Source: Lama guanicoe
Taxonomy: Eukaryota
Assembly (NCBI GenBank): GCA_013239625.1
Contig: MU053493.1
Span: 877,793 to 941,792 of the forward strand
Direction: 5' to 3'
Length of the DNA: 64,000 nucleotides
Below the pieces are notes generated by a model. It was not told where the DNA came from, ran no database searches, and was given only the letters and a program-made list of their open reading frames with translations. Each line of letters begins with the position of its first letter. Positions within the stretch are counted from its first letter, which is position 1. This document shows positions 52,557 through 64,000 of the stretch, piece by piece. The translations under genes and the position numbers were made by a program.

Positions 52557-53336
52557 TTTTTTTTTTAATTGAAGTACAGTTGGTTTACAATGCTGTGTTA
52601 ACTTCTGGTGTACAACAGCATAGTGATTCAGTTGTACATATATATATTCCTTTCATTTTCTTTTTCATTGTAGACTATTATAAGGTATTGAATATAGTTC
52701 CCTGCGCTATGCAGTAGGACCTTGTTGTGTATCTGTTTTATACATAGTAGTTTGTATCTGCAAATCTGGAGCTCTCAATTTATCCCTCCCCCTCCATCCT
52801 TCCCCTGCCCATAACTGTAAGTTTTCTAATTCTGTGAGTCTGTTTCTGTTTTGTAAGTAAGTTCATTTTTTTGAAAAAATGAAAGTTAAAACAATTTGTC
52901 ATTTTTTTTAGATTCCACATATAAGTGATATCATATGATATCTGTCTTTGTCTGACTTACTTCACTTAGTATGATCATCTCTAGGTCCATCTATGTTGCT
53001 GCAAATGGTATTATTTTATTCTTTTTTATGCTGAGTAGTATTCCATTGTATAAATGTACCACAGCTTCTTTATCCAGTCATCAGTCGATGGACATTTGGG
53101 TTGTTTCCATGTCTTGGTTGGTGTAAATAGTGCTGCTGTGAACACTAAGATGCATGTGACTTTTTGAAGTAGAGTCTTCTGCAGATATATGCCCAGGAGT
53201 GGGATTGCTGGATCATAGGGTAAGTCTAGTTTTATTTTTTAAAGGAATCTCCATCCTGTTTTCCATAATGGCTGCACCAAACTATGTTCCTGCTAACAGT
53301 GTAGGAGGGCTCCCTTTCCTCCACACCTTCTCCCTG
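52557..53336 (-). mobile_element. 5'-truncated L1 with a 13-bp target-site duplication
   Basis: Poly-T start and L1 3' sequence; TSD ctgggtaacttct at 52544-52556 and 53337-53349. Confidence 0.92.
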
Positions 53337-54472
53337 CTGGGTAACTTCTAATCATGCTCTCACTGCCTGCTGCATATGGTTGCCTCTGGGGAGACTGGCC
53401 TGACCCCATCCCCCTACACCCAGGTCTTCACCCCATCACATTCATGCTGTCCCATTCCTGTCTGTGTCCGTTTTTTTGTTTATTACTCTGTCCATCAGAC
53501 CTCCAGCTCCCTGTAGATAAGCTACCCACCTTCCATCTGGGAACATGCAGAACCCCTAGGAGGCATTCAACAGAAAGCTGTTCTGGGCAAGATCTCTGCT
53601 GGTTTCTATGTGTAACAGCCCCTTCCTAGGGACTCCACCAGATTCTTCCAGGACTCGCTGCCAAAGTCCCTCTCTTCATTTTTGACTTCTGCTTTTCAGT
53701 TTGGAGTCCTAGAAAATATCACTAGAAAGAGACAGCCAGCACTGTCTCTCTAAACTTTCCTTTTTCACACCAGAGAACAGGTTGCTGGATGTCAGTGCCA
53801 ACAGGAGCAGGAGGAGTTGGTTAAACTTGGAAGGGATGCCTGTAGCAGGACTGGGCAGCCTGTTTGTCATAAAGTATTTTAAATCAAGAATCAGGTGTCC
53901 CTGTGTGGAAAGGCTGAGGTCTGATCGTGAAGCAGAGAAACTTAGTGGACATTTTCTGATTGTCTCCCGTGTTCCGGGCTGTATCCAGCCTCCTGCATCA
54001 GCAGTTACTAGTACTGATGATTTGCTCCCTAAAGATGGGGAGACAGAGGTTTGGATAAGGTGAGGAGGGTACAGGAGACCAGCGGGGGCAGAGCTGGCCC
54101 TGCAGGTGAGGCAGCCCACCTAGATTTCCTCTCTGCACTAGAGAAATGACAGAGGATGTGGAGCAAACAGACTTGCAAGTCCTAAAGTGCCTTGGAGATG
54201 TTTTCTTCCCACTGCCCACCCAAGCTTATCCTTTGGTGGTGCGTTAACATAGCCCTAAAATGCTCCTCAGGGAGTTCTAAGTGCATAGTCATCAGGACAT
54301 TCGTTCTCCACTGCCTCAGCCCCATTGAGAAGCAATTTTAGGGACCACGAGTGTCCCCCACAGTCATGGTATTGAACAGTTAACCTTTCAAAGGAAAATT
54401 GGTTCAGCAAAAATAAAATTTATTCACAACTAATGAAGACAGCACATATGAGTGACAAAAACAGTTCTTTAC

Positions 54473-55100
54473 TTTTTAAAAAATTATAGTTGATTTACAA
54501 TATTGTATTCATTTCTCATGTACTGCATAGTGATTCAGTTATAAATATATATATATAATATATATTTCTTTTCATATTCTTTTCCATTATAGGTTCCTAC
54601 AAGATATTGAATATAGTTCCCTGTGCTATACAGTAGGTCTTTGTCATTTATCTATTTTATATATATAGCAGTTTGTATCTGCAAATCCCAAACTCCTAAT
54701 TTATCCCTCCCCTTTTCCTTTTGGTAACCATAAGTTTGTTTTCTATGTCTGTGAGTCTGTTTTGTAAATAAGTTCACTTGTCTCGTTATTTTAGATTCCA
54801 CATGTAAGTGATATCATGTGTAATTTGTCTTTCTCTGACTTACTTCACTTAGTATGATAATCTCTAGGTCCATCCATGTTGCTGCAAATGGCATTATTTC
54901 ATTCAAATTCATAGAAACAGACAGTAGAATGGTGGTCACCAGGGTCTGGGGGATGGCAAGTGGGGAATTCGTGTTTAATGGGGACAGAGTTTCAGTTTTG
55001 CAAGATGAAAAGTGTTCTGTGGATGGACAGTGGTGACAGCTGTACAACAATGTGAATGTAGTTAATGCCACCACAATGTGCACTTCAAGATGGCCTGGTT
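54473..55100 (-). mobile_element. L1 3' end (minus, to ~54900) abutting an older plus-strand L1 3' fragment
   Basis: EIMPFAATWMDLEIIILSEVSQRK on minus, then agaaacagacagtagaatggtggtcaccaggg on plus. Confidence 0.8.
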
Positions 55101-55899
55101 TGACCGTCTGTTTCCTGCTGCCAAGTGAGGCTCTTGTCCTGGCCCCCAAGCCCTGCTGTGACTCCTGCTGTAGGCTTACCTGCTGTCCCAGGAAGGGTCA
55201 GGTCAGCCCAGGGGCAACAGGGGGCTGCAGCCAGTTCCCCAACTTGAATAAATAAGTCTAAGGGTTCAGCGACTGAACATACAGAGGGGTAAGACCCTTG
55301 GCAAGCCTAAGCAATGAAAACAAAAGGAGAAATACACACGATTAGAAATGAGTCATGGAGAAATTGTCGTGTATAGAGAGGAAACTAAAAAAATCCGAAG
55401 TTCTTGTATTGCAAAACTAGGAAAATATACTGAAAAATGGACTGAAATTCATTTTCTAAAAAAATATGTAACGTAAAATTGATTCTAGAAGTGTTCCAGT
55501 ACCTAACTTGCCCAATGGGAGAAACCCAGAAGTACCCCAGTGGGTGCCCAGACACCCCCGACCCCAGTGAGAGATTTTACACTTAAGTAGAAGATGATTC
55601 TGAAGCCAAGTAAATGCTTGCAGAATAGAGAGCCTTTTTTTTTTTGGTTTCTTTCTGTTTGTTATGCACACAAAAGCAAGCTGCAGAATGATTCACCTCA
55701 CATGTGAATATTGACAGCAAAAATCATAGGTAGAGGTTATCTCAGGAACATAATCGCAGTTTGGTCTGAAGGAATCTGCTAAAATAAGACCACGTACAAC
55801 AGGGAACCCCTTCTGATCATCCCCAGGGATACTGAGAAGGCTGTGACCAACATCTACATTCTCCCCAGAAAGCCTTGGTAGTTTGAGAATACACATACA

Positions 55900-57540
55900 C
55901 TTTTTTTATTATGACAAGGAAAATACATGTCTTCATACAAGTTAAATGGTGAGACATTAAACCATCCCATTAAAGCCAGCAACAAGACAGACAGGCCACC
56001 CGAATCACTATCACTTAACACTGTTCTCAAATGCAGTTGGCTGAGAGGAAGAAACAAGGGGAATTCTTGCAAAGGGAGAGGCAAAAGGAAATCTTAGAAA
56101 CAGTAATAAATCACAATTAAGGTGTCTGATGGTAACACTGATATACAAAATCGACCACTTTCCCGTACATCCGGTTAGAATATAAAATGGAAAAAAATCA
56201 TTCCACTGAAAATGGTAGCCAGATGATAAAATACCTAGAAATAGACAATAATGAGTTCATGGATCCTATCTGAACAAGACTGTAAAGCTTGACAGGTGAC
56301 ACAGAATTAGATTTGAATGCAAGCCTAGACTGCAGTATTCTTGAGATGAAGGACTCAATTAATCTATAAATTCACTGTGATCCCAATTTTAAAAAATGTG
56401 TGTGTGAGAGAGAGAAAGAGTTAAAGAGAAAGAGAGAGCAAGAGAGTGTTGAAGGTAGACTTGAATTGAAAATATTTATATAAATATGAATATATTATAC
56501 TAATAGGAATGAAACCTCGGGAACAAAAGGCATTCAAAGGGAGACAAATCAATAAAACAGAAGTAGACCCAAACAGAGGAATTTAGCTTACAAATAAGGT
56601 GACATTTTGGACAAATGAGGAATAGACTATAATTGTATGACAGAATATGCACTCTTATATATTTTGTTGGTTCAACTGACTGTTTGGAGGGGGAAAAAAC
56701 ACATCTTTATCTCCATTTCCTACAATAAATAAAATCCTGAAGATGTAAAGGTAAATGAATGAAACCATAAGGATTTAGAAGAAAATATGAGTAGATTTAT
56801 TTATAATCTCAGAATGGGAAAGGCCTTTTTAGGACTGGAAAAAAATTCCAGGATCTAACCAGGAAAATATGGATAAATTGCCAACATAAAACTTTAAACT
56901 TCATATATATGACAATACATAAGCAAATCAATAAATAACATCAAAAGACAAATAAGAATGTTTTGAAGACATAAGACAGAAAGGTTTCAAAATACACAGG
57001 CAAATTATTTTAGAAAAAGCCAAAATTGTGTAAAGGACATAAGTTTACCAAAAAAGAAAATTACCAGAAAACATTTGAAATGATGTTCAATTTCACTCAT
57101 AACAAAGCGAACTAAATCCAAATAACACTGCAATATCATTTTTCACCAGACTGGAAAAACAGTTATTTGATAATACCCAGCTGCAAAAACTAAGAAATGG
57201 ACCCTTTCATTATACTCTTGGTCAGTGTATCCAGTGATCAATCTTTGAAGAATAATCTGGCAATATCAACACAAATGTTAAATGCATGTAACCTTAACTT
57301 AACAGTAACTCCATTTCCAAGTTGGAATTTATAAGATACAGTCACAAAAGGATGCTTGGATAGAAGTCCATCTGTCTATAAAAATAAAGACAGGAAATAC
57401 TCTCTACTTTCACTAGTAAAAGACTAACCAAAGGAATTGCAGTACACGGGGACCACGGAAGCCTAAGCAGCTACTGGAAAGAGTTAAGAACAATTTTCTA
57501 TGTCGTTATGGAAAGATCTCTTAAGAAAGCGAAGTGCAGG
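55900..57540 (+). mobile_element. Ancient L1 remnant
   Basis: A-rich plus strand with decayed ORF2 and 3' motifs (gataaaatacctagaaatagac; ttagaagaaaatatgagtaga..tttataatctcagaatgggaaaggcc). Confidence 0.55.
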
Positions 57541-58236
57541 GTGCTGAGAAAGGATTGAAAAGGAAGGTCTCTCTCCATGCCCCCTGTCTCCCGTCCCTTC
57601 TTCCTTTCCTGGAAATGCCCACCCTCCCCAGGAGCTTACTGGTGGTCCCCTGTGAGAAGAGGAAACAGGGATGTTGGGGGCCCTCATTTTCACCCCTTTT
57701 CTTTTCATATTATGTGTGCATCTTCTCCTAATTACTACTACTTTCTTTTGAAGTATAGTCAGTTACAATGCATCAGTTTCTGGTGTTACAACATAAGGTC
57801 CCAGTCATACATAGACATATATATATTCATTTTTATATTCTTTTTCATTGAAGGTTATAAAATGTGCAGAGTCATTATTCAGGTGGTTGAAATAAGAGCT
57901 CCTTTTGTTTGCTTTTTAAATATTTTTCTGTATAAAATACAAAACCAAAAAGTTTTTTTTTTGAAGCAAAAAGGTAGTAGGGATCAATTTCAAAGAGCAA
58001 TAAGAGATGAAACATTCTCTTTATATATAGAACACTTCCAGTTGTTTCTAAAGACAGTGTAAGAGAATAAAAACACAAACAAACAAAGAAAAAAGATTGT
58101 GTATTATTCATCCATCCCATCGAACCAGGGTACCCTAAGGACGGCCCTGCTCTGAATGACATGATGCTGGAATTCCCTTATTGATCAACCTTCTTGTTGT
58201 AAACTAGGTACCTTCTCTGAAGGTGCGCACATAGCA

Positions 58237-58272
<36 letters not shown>
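58237..58272. repeat. (CA)n microsatellite
   Basis: Direct read. Other simple repeats lie at 11305-11345, 26025-26050 and 31594-31621. Confidence 0.95.
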
Positions 58273-58275
<3 letters not shown>

Positions 58276-59869
58276 CATGCAAGTGCCTCCACCTTCCTCA
58301 GTGCAAACAAATCCATGGTGTTATCCAGAACAGAATGAAATAAATGACTGGAGACGTGTATGCAATTTCTTTTGCTCTGAAAAATCTTATCTTCCTTCAG
58401 GATGTAGCCATTTTGGGCATTAGAAGCAAATTGAAGATGCCCAGGAGATTAGAAGCCTTCTGCAGTTTTGGGCTCTGAGAGTCCCTGGATGGAACAAGAG
58501 AACAAAGACACTGTCTTGTGTATTCCTCTGATCTCATTAAACAGTAAGAGTGGAAGAGGCAAAGTAACTGTCATCAGCTAGACAATGTAAGTGGAGAACC
58601 GTGCCACAACTTGGAGTTAAAATAAAGTTTCCCTTGGTTTCAAAACACACATCTCCAGTGAATCCACCCATTCAGCCAGCTTGTTGGGTGATAAGCTTGG
58701 GGGGAGTAGATCCCCGAAAACCAGAAACTGGAGCTACTGGCTGTGCAGCCCCTCCTGCTGACCACCACTGGCCTGTTCCCCAGGAAAGCCGTCAGTCACG
58801 CCATCCCCTTCCTAGATGCCACCCCGCAGGGAGCAAGAGAGGTCCCAGCCCCGCCCCCTGGCCCTGACACTTGGAGAAAATCATAGAACACTTTACTCTA
58901 TGTTGGGCATTTGTATGGATCCCCAAATTTCTAAGATTAATCAAGTCCAATAGGTATGAAGCAGCCAATGCATTATTATTATTTTTTTAAGAAACACATA
59001 GACGGTTTAATCTAGCTTCAGCTATTATTACATTGGGCGGTAATTCTTACTGAACTCTATTTGCCCTTTGGGTTTTGCCGAGCAGAACAGACTCAGTAAA
59101 CTACCCTCAACCCTGGCCAGTGTCTGGGGCAGCACAGGAAGCTTGGGGGTGCCTGGGGTTGACGGAAAGCCACCTGACTTAACTGGGTCTGGCCCTGGTT
59201 CAGAGTCAACACACAGCTGAATCCTTCCTAATTCTCTTGACGGGGTAGGTTGGCAGAAATCAGACTGGTAAAGGGATAATGTACAAGACCAACTATGACT
59301 GTCTCGTTCCTAAAGTGTCAAAATAGCATAAAACTGTTTCTCTCTACCAACAGTCTTTGGTAGAGAAAAATGAAGTCTGAACTAAAGGAAAACCAGCCAT
59401 TGGGGTTTTCGTTTTAGTTTAGCTTCGTTTGTTTTCACCGGTCAATTACTGGATGGTTTAGCAAGGTGGTTTATTATTACTATTACTAACATCAATCTAG
59501 GTTTGTAGACAGCAAAAGCAGATGCTGGATTTTAGTGAGGACCTCTCGGCGGGTGACGTGCAGGCATGCAAAACCGACTGTCCAGGCCTCCCCAGGCAGT
59601 CAGTCCTGAGCTACCCGGACCTCTCTGCAGGGCTCTCCAGGCAGTCGGCAACGGGCCGAGTGACCTCTCGGTGGTGCTGCTGACCAACCATAAAGATGCT
59701 CCAAGGGTATCAGATGGCCCATGTGAGAGGGTTAAACAGAAACGTGCCGAGACTGTTACTGAAAGTGACAAGGAAGTTGTAAGCCATATGAGTGACAACG
59801 ATACTGTACATCGGACCCTCATGTTTAACGCTGCTGAGGGGTCAGCACCCCGAGTTCTCCCGAAGCACA

Positions 59870-60516
<647 letters not shown>

Positions 60517-61346
60517 CTAGAACACCAGCTCCACCTCGAAGACCCTGGGAGTGATCCACTCCTGGGGGTGACAGGTCCCCAGGCCTTCCTGGGAGAGTTT
60601 ACACATGTAAACGGTGCCAACACGTCACAGTGGTTGAATCCAATGTGAGGCAATTATAAAGCAAGGCAGAAAATCACCCTGGCAAGGAGCCAGGGGCGCA
60701 CTGCAATCTCGGGGGAGAGACGGACCTGTAGGGGGAAGGGGCTGTCTTCTAAGGGAGTCCTGAGCTAGGCAAGTCACCCTCTCTGATCCCTCCTCATCTG
60801 TAACCAGGGACCACCACCTCTAACTCCGTGTGAGTTACCCTACTGGGCCATGGCAAACTCCCAGGGGCACCCCCCTCCCGGAGATTTTAATTGTTCAAGG
60901 GCAACCTTGTAACAGGTGTCAGTTACCCCATGAACCCCCAGCTTGAAGCAGTTCAGACTGTCACAGTAGATGGCTACATTCCTTGTATGAGGCCCCTTTG
61001 TCGCAAAGCAGGTTTAAGAACTTGTCCTGAGAAAAGGCAAGTGCCAAGAAAGTCATGTGGAACAGAAAATGAGGGGAGCGTGCTCCCAAGATCTGAGAGG
61101 TGCTATGCCAACAGATGCTGAGCCGTCAAGGCATAAATATTCAGTAAGTGGTTTTGACCTGTCTAAATCACAGAACTGCTAGGTATTTCTTTTGTCCTAG
61201 GTGCTCTGTGAAAAAATCCAAAACAAACAAACAAAAAACTCCAAGACAAAGGTGTTGTGAACTAAGGGAATTTAGGACCCTCTGCCTAATCCACTAGGCT
61301 GCAGTGACGACTGAATGAGATGATTCTGGAGAAAGCACTGTGAGAG

Positions 61347-61660
61347 CTGGGGTTGGCAGACTTTTTATAAAGGCCCAGATTGTAGTGTTTCAGCCTTGCT
61401 GTCCATAAGGTCTCTGTCGCAACCACCCAGATCTGTTCTCAAATATGCAAAGGAACAAAGAAGTTTCTTTTCTTTTTTTCCAAAAAAAATTTTTTTATAT
61501 GGATTTACTGGGAACCAGGACCTCGGACAGGCTAAGTATGCCCTCTACCACTGAGCTATTTCCCTCTCCCACCAACAGGGTTTCTTCTAATAAAATTTTA
61601 TTTGCAAAAGCAGTTGGCAGGTTGGATTTGGCCAACAGGGTCGTAGTTTGCCAGCCTCTG
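61347..61660 (+). mobile_element. MER58-like hAT DNA transposon interrupted by a Vic-1-like SINE (~61465-61570, minus)
   Basis: TIR-like ends ctggggttggcagact / agtttgccagcctctg; internal aataaaattttatttgcaaaa; SINE head ctctaccactgagctatttcc. Confidence 0.75.
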
Positions 61661-62204
61661 GTCTAAAGTGTATTATGAACATATATTGCCTACTTGCATA
61701 GATGATGCTAGAGAGAAATCACTGATTTCTTGTTTCTCCCTCCAATGGAAAGAAGGGAGCCATGTGAAACCTCAATCCAGATTAATAAAAAAAAAATTTC
61801 TTGCAAGCCTATTTAGACAAATGCATGAAAAGTGGGCCCTTTCCCTGAAGTTATCCAGATACTGACTAGAATTTGGGTTTTTGATGGTGGGTAAATTCCA
61901 TCAGCAGGATAGCAGGCATGTTCCCCATCTGTAAGGACAGGCAGCAAGTGGTAACCATTTTTATGACTTAGCATCAAAGATAAGGAGACTGGTCTTGGCG
62001 ATGGCGATGAATAAGAACGAGTAAGAGCAGTTTCACGGCTGCTGTGAGGATCACCCTCTGTCCACAGCAGAGTCTATCCTGCCCACACCCTACGGACAAC
62101 ACTCCAGAGCCCGGACCAGACAGCCTGCAGACCCTGCAGGGTTTTGAAGGATCACAGACCTTCCACAGGAGGCTTGTAAGACCAGCCATCTCTCTCAGGC
62201 CTCT

Positions 62205-62340
62205 CAGGGCTCTGTGAGATGAGGATAATTCTCCCATTTTATAGATAAAGAAGCTGAGGCTCAAAGAAGCAAAAAAAAAAGGGGGGCGGCTCAACGTCAC
62301 ACAGTGAGTCTGAGTCATCTAACACCTAACATGTTCTGAC
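62205..62340. mobile_element. MIR remnant
   Basis: cccattttatagataaagaagctgaggctcaaaga...gtcacacagtgagt. Confidence 0.7.
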
Positions 62341-64000
62341 TTCTGCAGCCTCATCGGTCAAAAAGTCTGCTAAGTTCTCTTCAAGCCTCCTGGGACGTTA
62401 GCCCAAAACCCTCTCAGAAGGTACCAGAAAGCCTGGACCATGGCTGGAGGGAGCACACTGCGCAGCCAAAGAATCTGCCCAAACCCAGAGGTGGCGGCAC
62501 AGGGCATCACACCAGAGCTTCTCCTGGACCTGCTGCGTCCGGGACTGCACATCCTCGGGGCACATCTCAAGCTAAGTCTATTTTGAATTTCACGGCCTGA
62601 ATCCTTAGCTTTCAAGGCTAAAGCATCTCAAAAGATGAGATTCTCCTCTTGGCACTGATCAGAGTGTGCCTGTGACCTCTTCAGAGGGCATGGTTTTGTT
62701 TCTGGCTATGCAAATGTCACATAATGTCACCGCACCAGCAGGATCGTCTTCATAGCAACAGTCCATAATCAGTGGCCCTTGGAGGCTGTTTATGTCTCAG
62801 ATATACGTGGAAAGAAAGAAAAACGCAGTGTGTTATATAAAGGGAGACGGAAACACTAGTTTCATATTTTCTTTTCACCATTGGCCTGAGCGTGCTCTTG
62901 AGCTGAAAGGTGCATCATTAGCGTATGCTCTTAATTAAGATTTCTCTAGAGCAGGAAAGGGCTCCCAGATCATTAAAAATGATTTTCTATCTTAATGCCT
63001 TAATTCCTTTATCTTTATATCAGTCAAAACATCAGAAATAAGAATGTGTGCTTATATTTTTCAATTTCCATAAACCCTGGAAGGAAAAAGAAATTAATTG
63101 GAATGGTTCTCAGTTGCTGGTAGAAGTGGGGGGAGGGGCAGGGGTCGGAATAGGAGTAAATAAAAGTTAAAAAGTCAAATTTTACTTTGACTTTGACTTT
63201 TGGAACATGTAAATGTCCATTTCAAACGGATGGATAGACCAAAGTGTATCAGGTTTACAAGAAACTCGGACGAGAATGCAGATGAATGAGTGTTAATATG
63301 TCTCAGAGTTTTTTCCTCTGAGCGGGAGGGACTTCTCAAGACAAGCCTGCAGACTGGTGATGTGACTGTGTGGGAGGTGGCACTACTCCCCGGAGCTCAC
63401 TCTACCGCTGATGCAATGAGAGAGTTATTAAGTGTAAGGACTTGCTGTGGAAACGAATTCAAGGGCACAGTCACTCTGTAAAGCCAACTTTTTTAAAAAA
63501 TTGGTCCTTCCTAAGTTAACTTTAGGAAAACCATAAATGATCACACAATGGATATTTTTAGAAAGCCCTTTAGAAAGCCCTGGAACTCCCTGCTCACAGA
63601 AGTTAACAAAACGCCTCTTACATCTTGCAGCTGCATTTAACGCCCTGGTGAGGCCCAGATTTCCTCTGAACTTGGACGCAAGGTTACAGGTCTGCAAAGA
63701 TAGGCTCTTTTGGCACGAGAGGGCTTCTTTACTTTCCAACCGTCCCTAAGACGTGTTCTCTGGACAGGAAGACTAGAAGGTTTGTAGGATCCAAGTGAGA
63801 AGTTGGAGGGGTGGGCAGAACTGATGTGCCTGGGCTCTGAGAGGTGGGGATCACCAAGCTCAGGCCCTGTGAGGCCCCCAACCAAGGGTGAGGGTGGGTA
63901 TAGAGCTTTGGACACTGGACTCTGAAGGAGAACCGCCTGTGGGTGGGGATGCGTCAGCATGGGTCACAATGCAACAGCACCACTCAGGCGCTGGGAATCC

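Noticed and set aside
54010..54075. C/D-box snoRNA-like TGATGA bracketed by gtac
   Set aside because: No properly placed terminal CTGA D box.
63160..63202. aaaagtcaaa...tttgactttt inverted repeat
   Set aside because: Short, AT-rich and explained by local tttgac repeats.

Overview
Eukaryotic (mammalian) genomic DNA, most likely camelid, judged from seven tRNA-derived Vic-1-like SINEs. The only intact coding sequence is the terminal exon (human exon 10) of CHRNA7, the alpha-7 nicotinic acetylcholine receptor, on the minus strand (CDS 60441->59920). Its 3' UTR runs leftwards and intron sequence fills the right end of the window. At the left edge (1-~2860, + strand) is a decayed copy of the 3' half of N4BP2 (CUE-DUF1771-Smr region). 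It appears mostly spliced but keeps one intron-like GT..AG block, i.e. a semi-processed retrocopy. The ~55 kb in between is intergenic and repeat-dense: nested L1s, many solo ERV/MaLR LTRs (three of one family within 5.6 kb), a decayed ERV-L pol/dUTPase remnant and MIRs. A MER58-like DNA transposon lies in the CHRNA7 intron. Three N gaps carry duplicated flanking sequence. I found no convincing novel multi-gene system. The best leads are the semi-processed N4BP2 retrocopy with a CpG-rich patch, and two overlapping, mutually exclusive hairpins in the putative CHRNA7 3' UTR. Protein and repeat identities are from recall of known sequences, not searches, and repeat boundaries are approximate.
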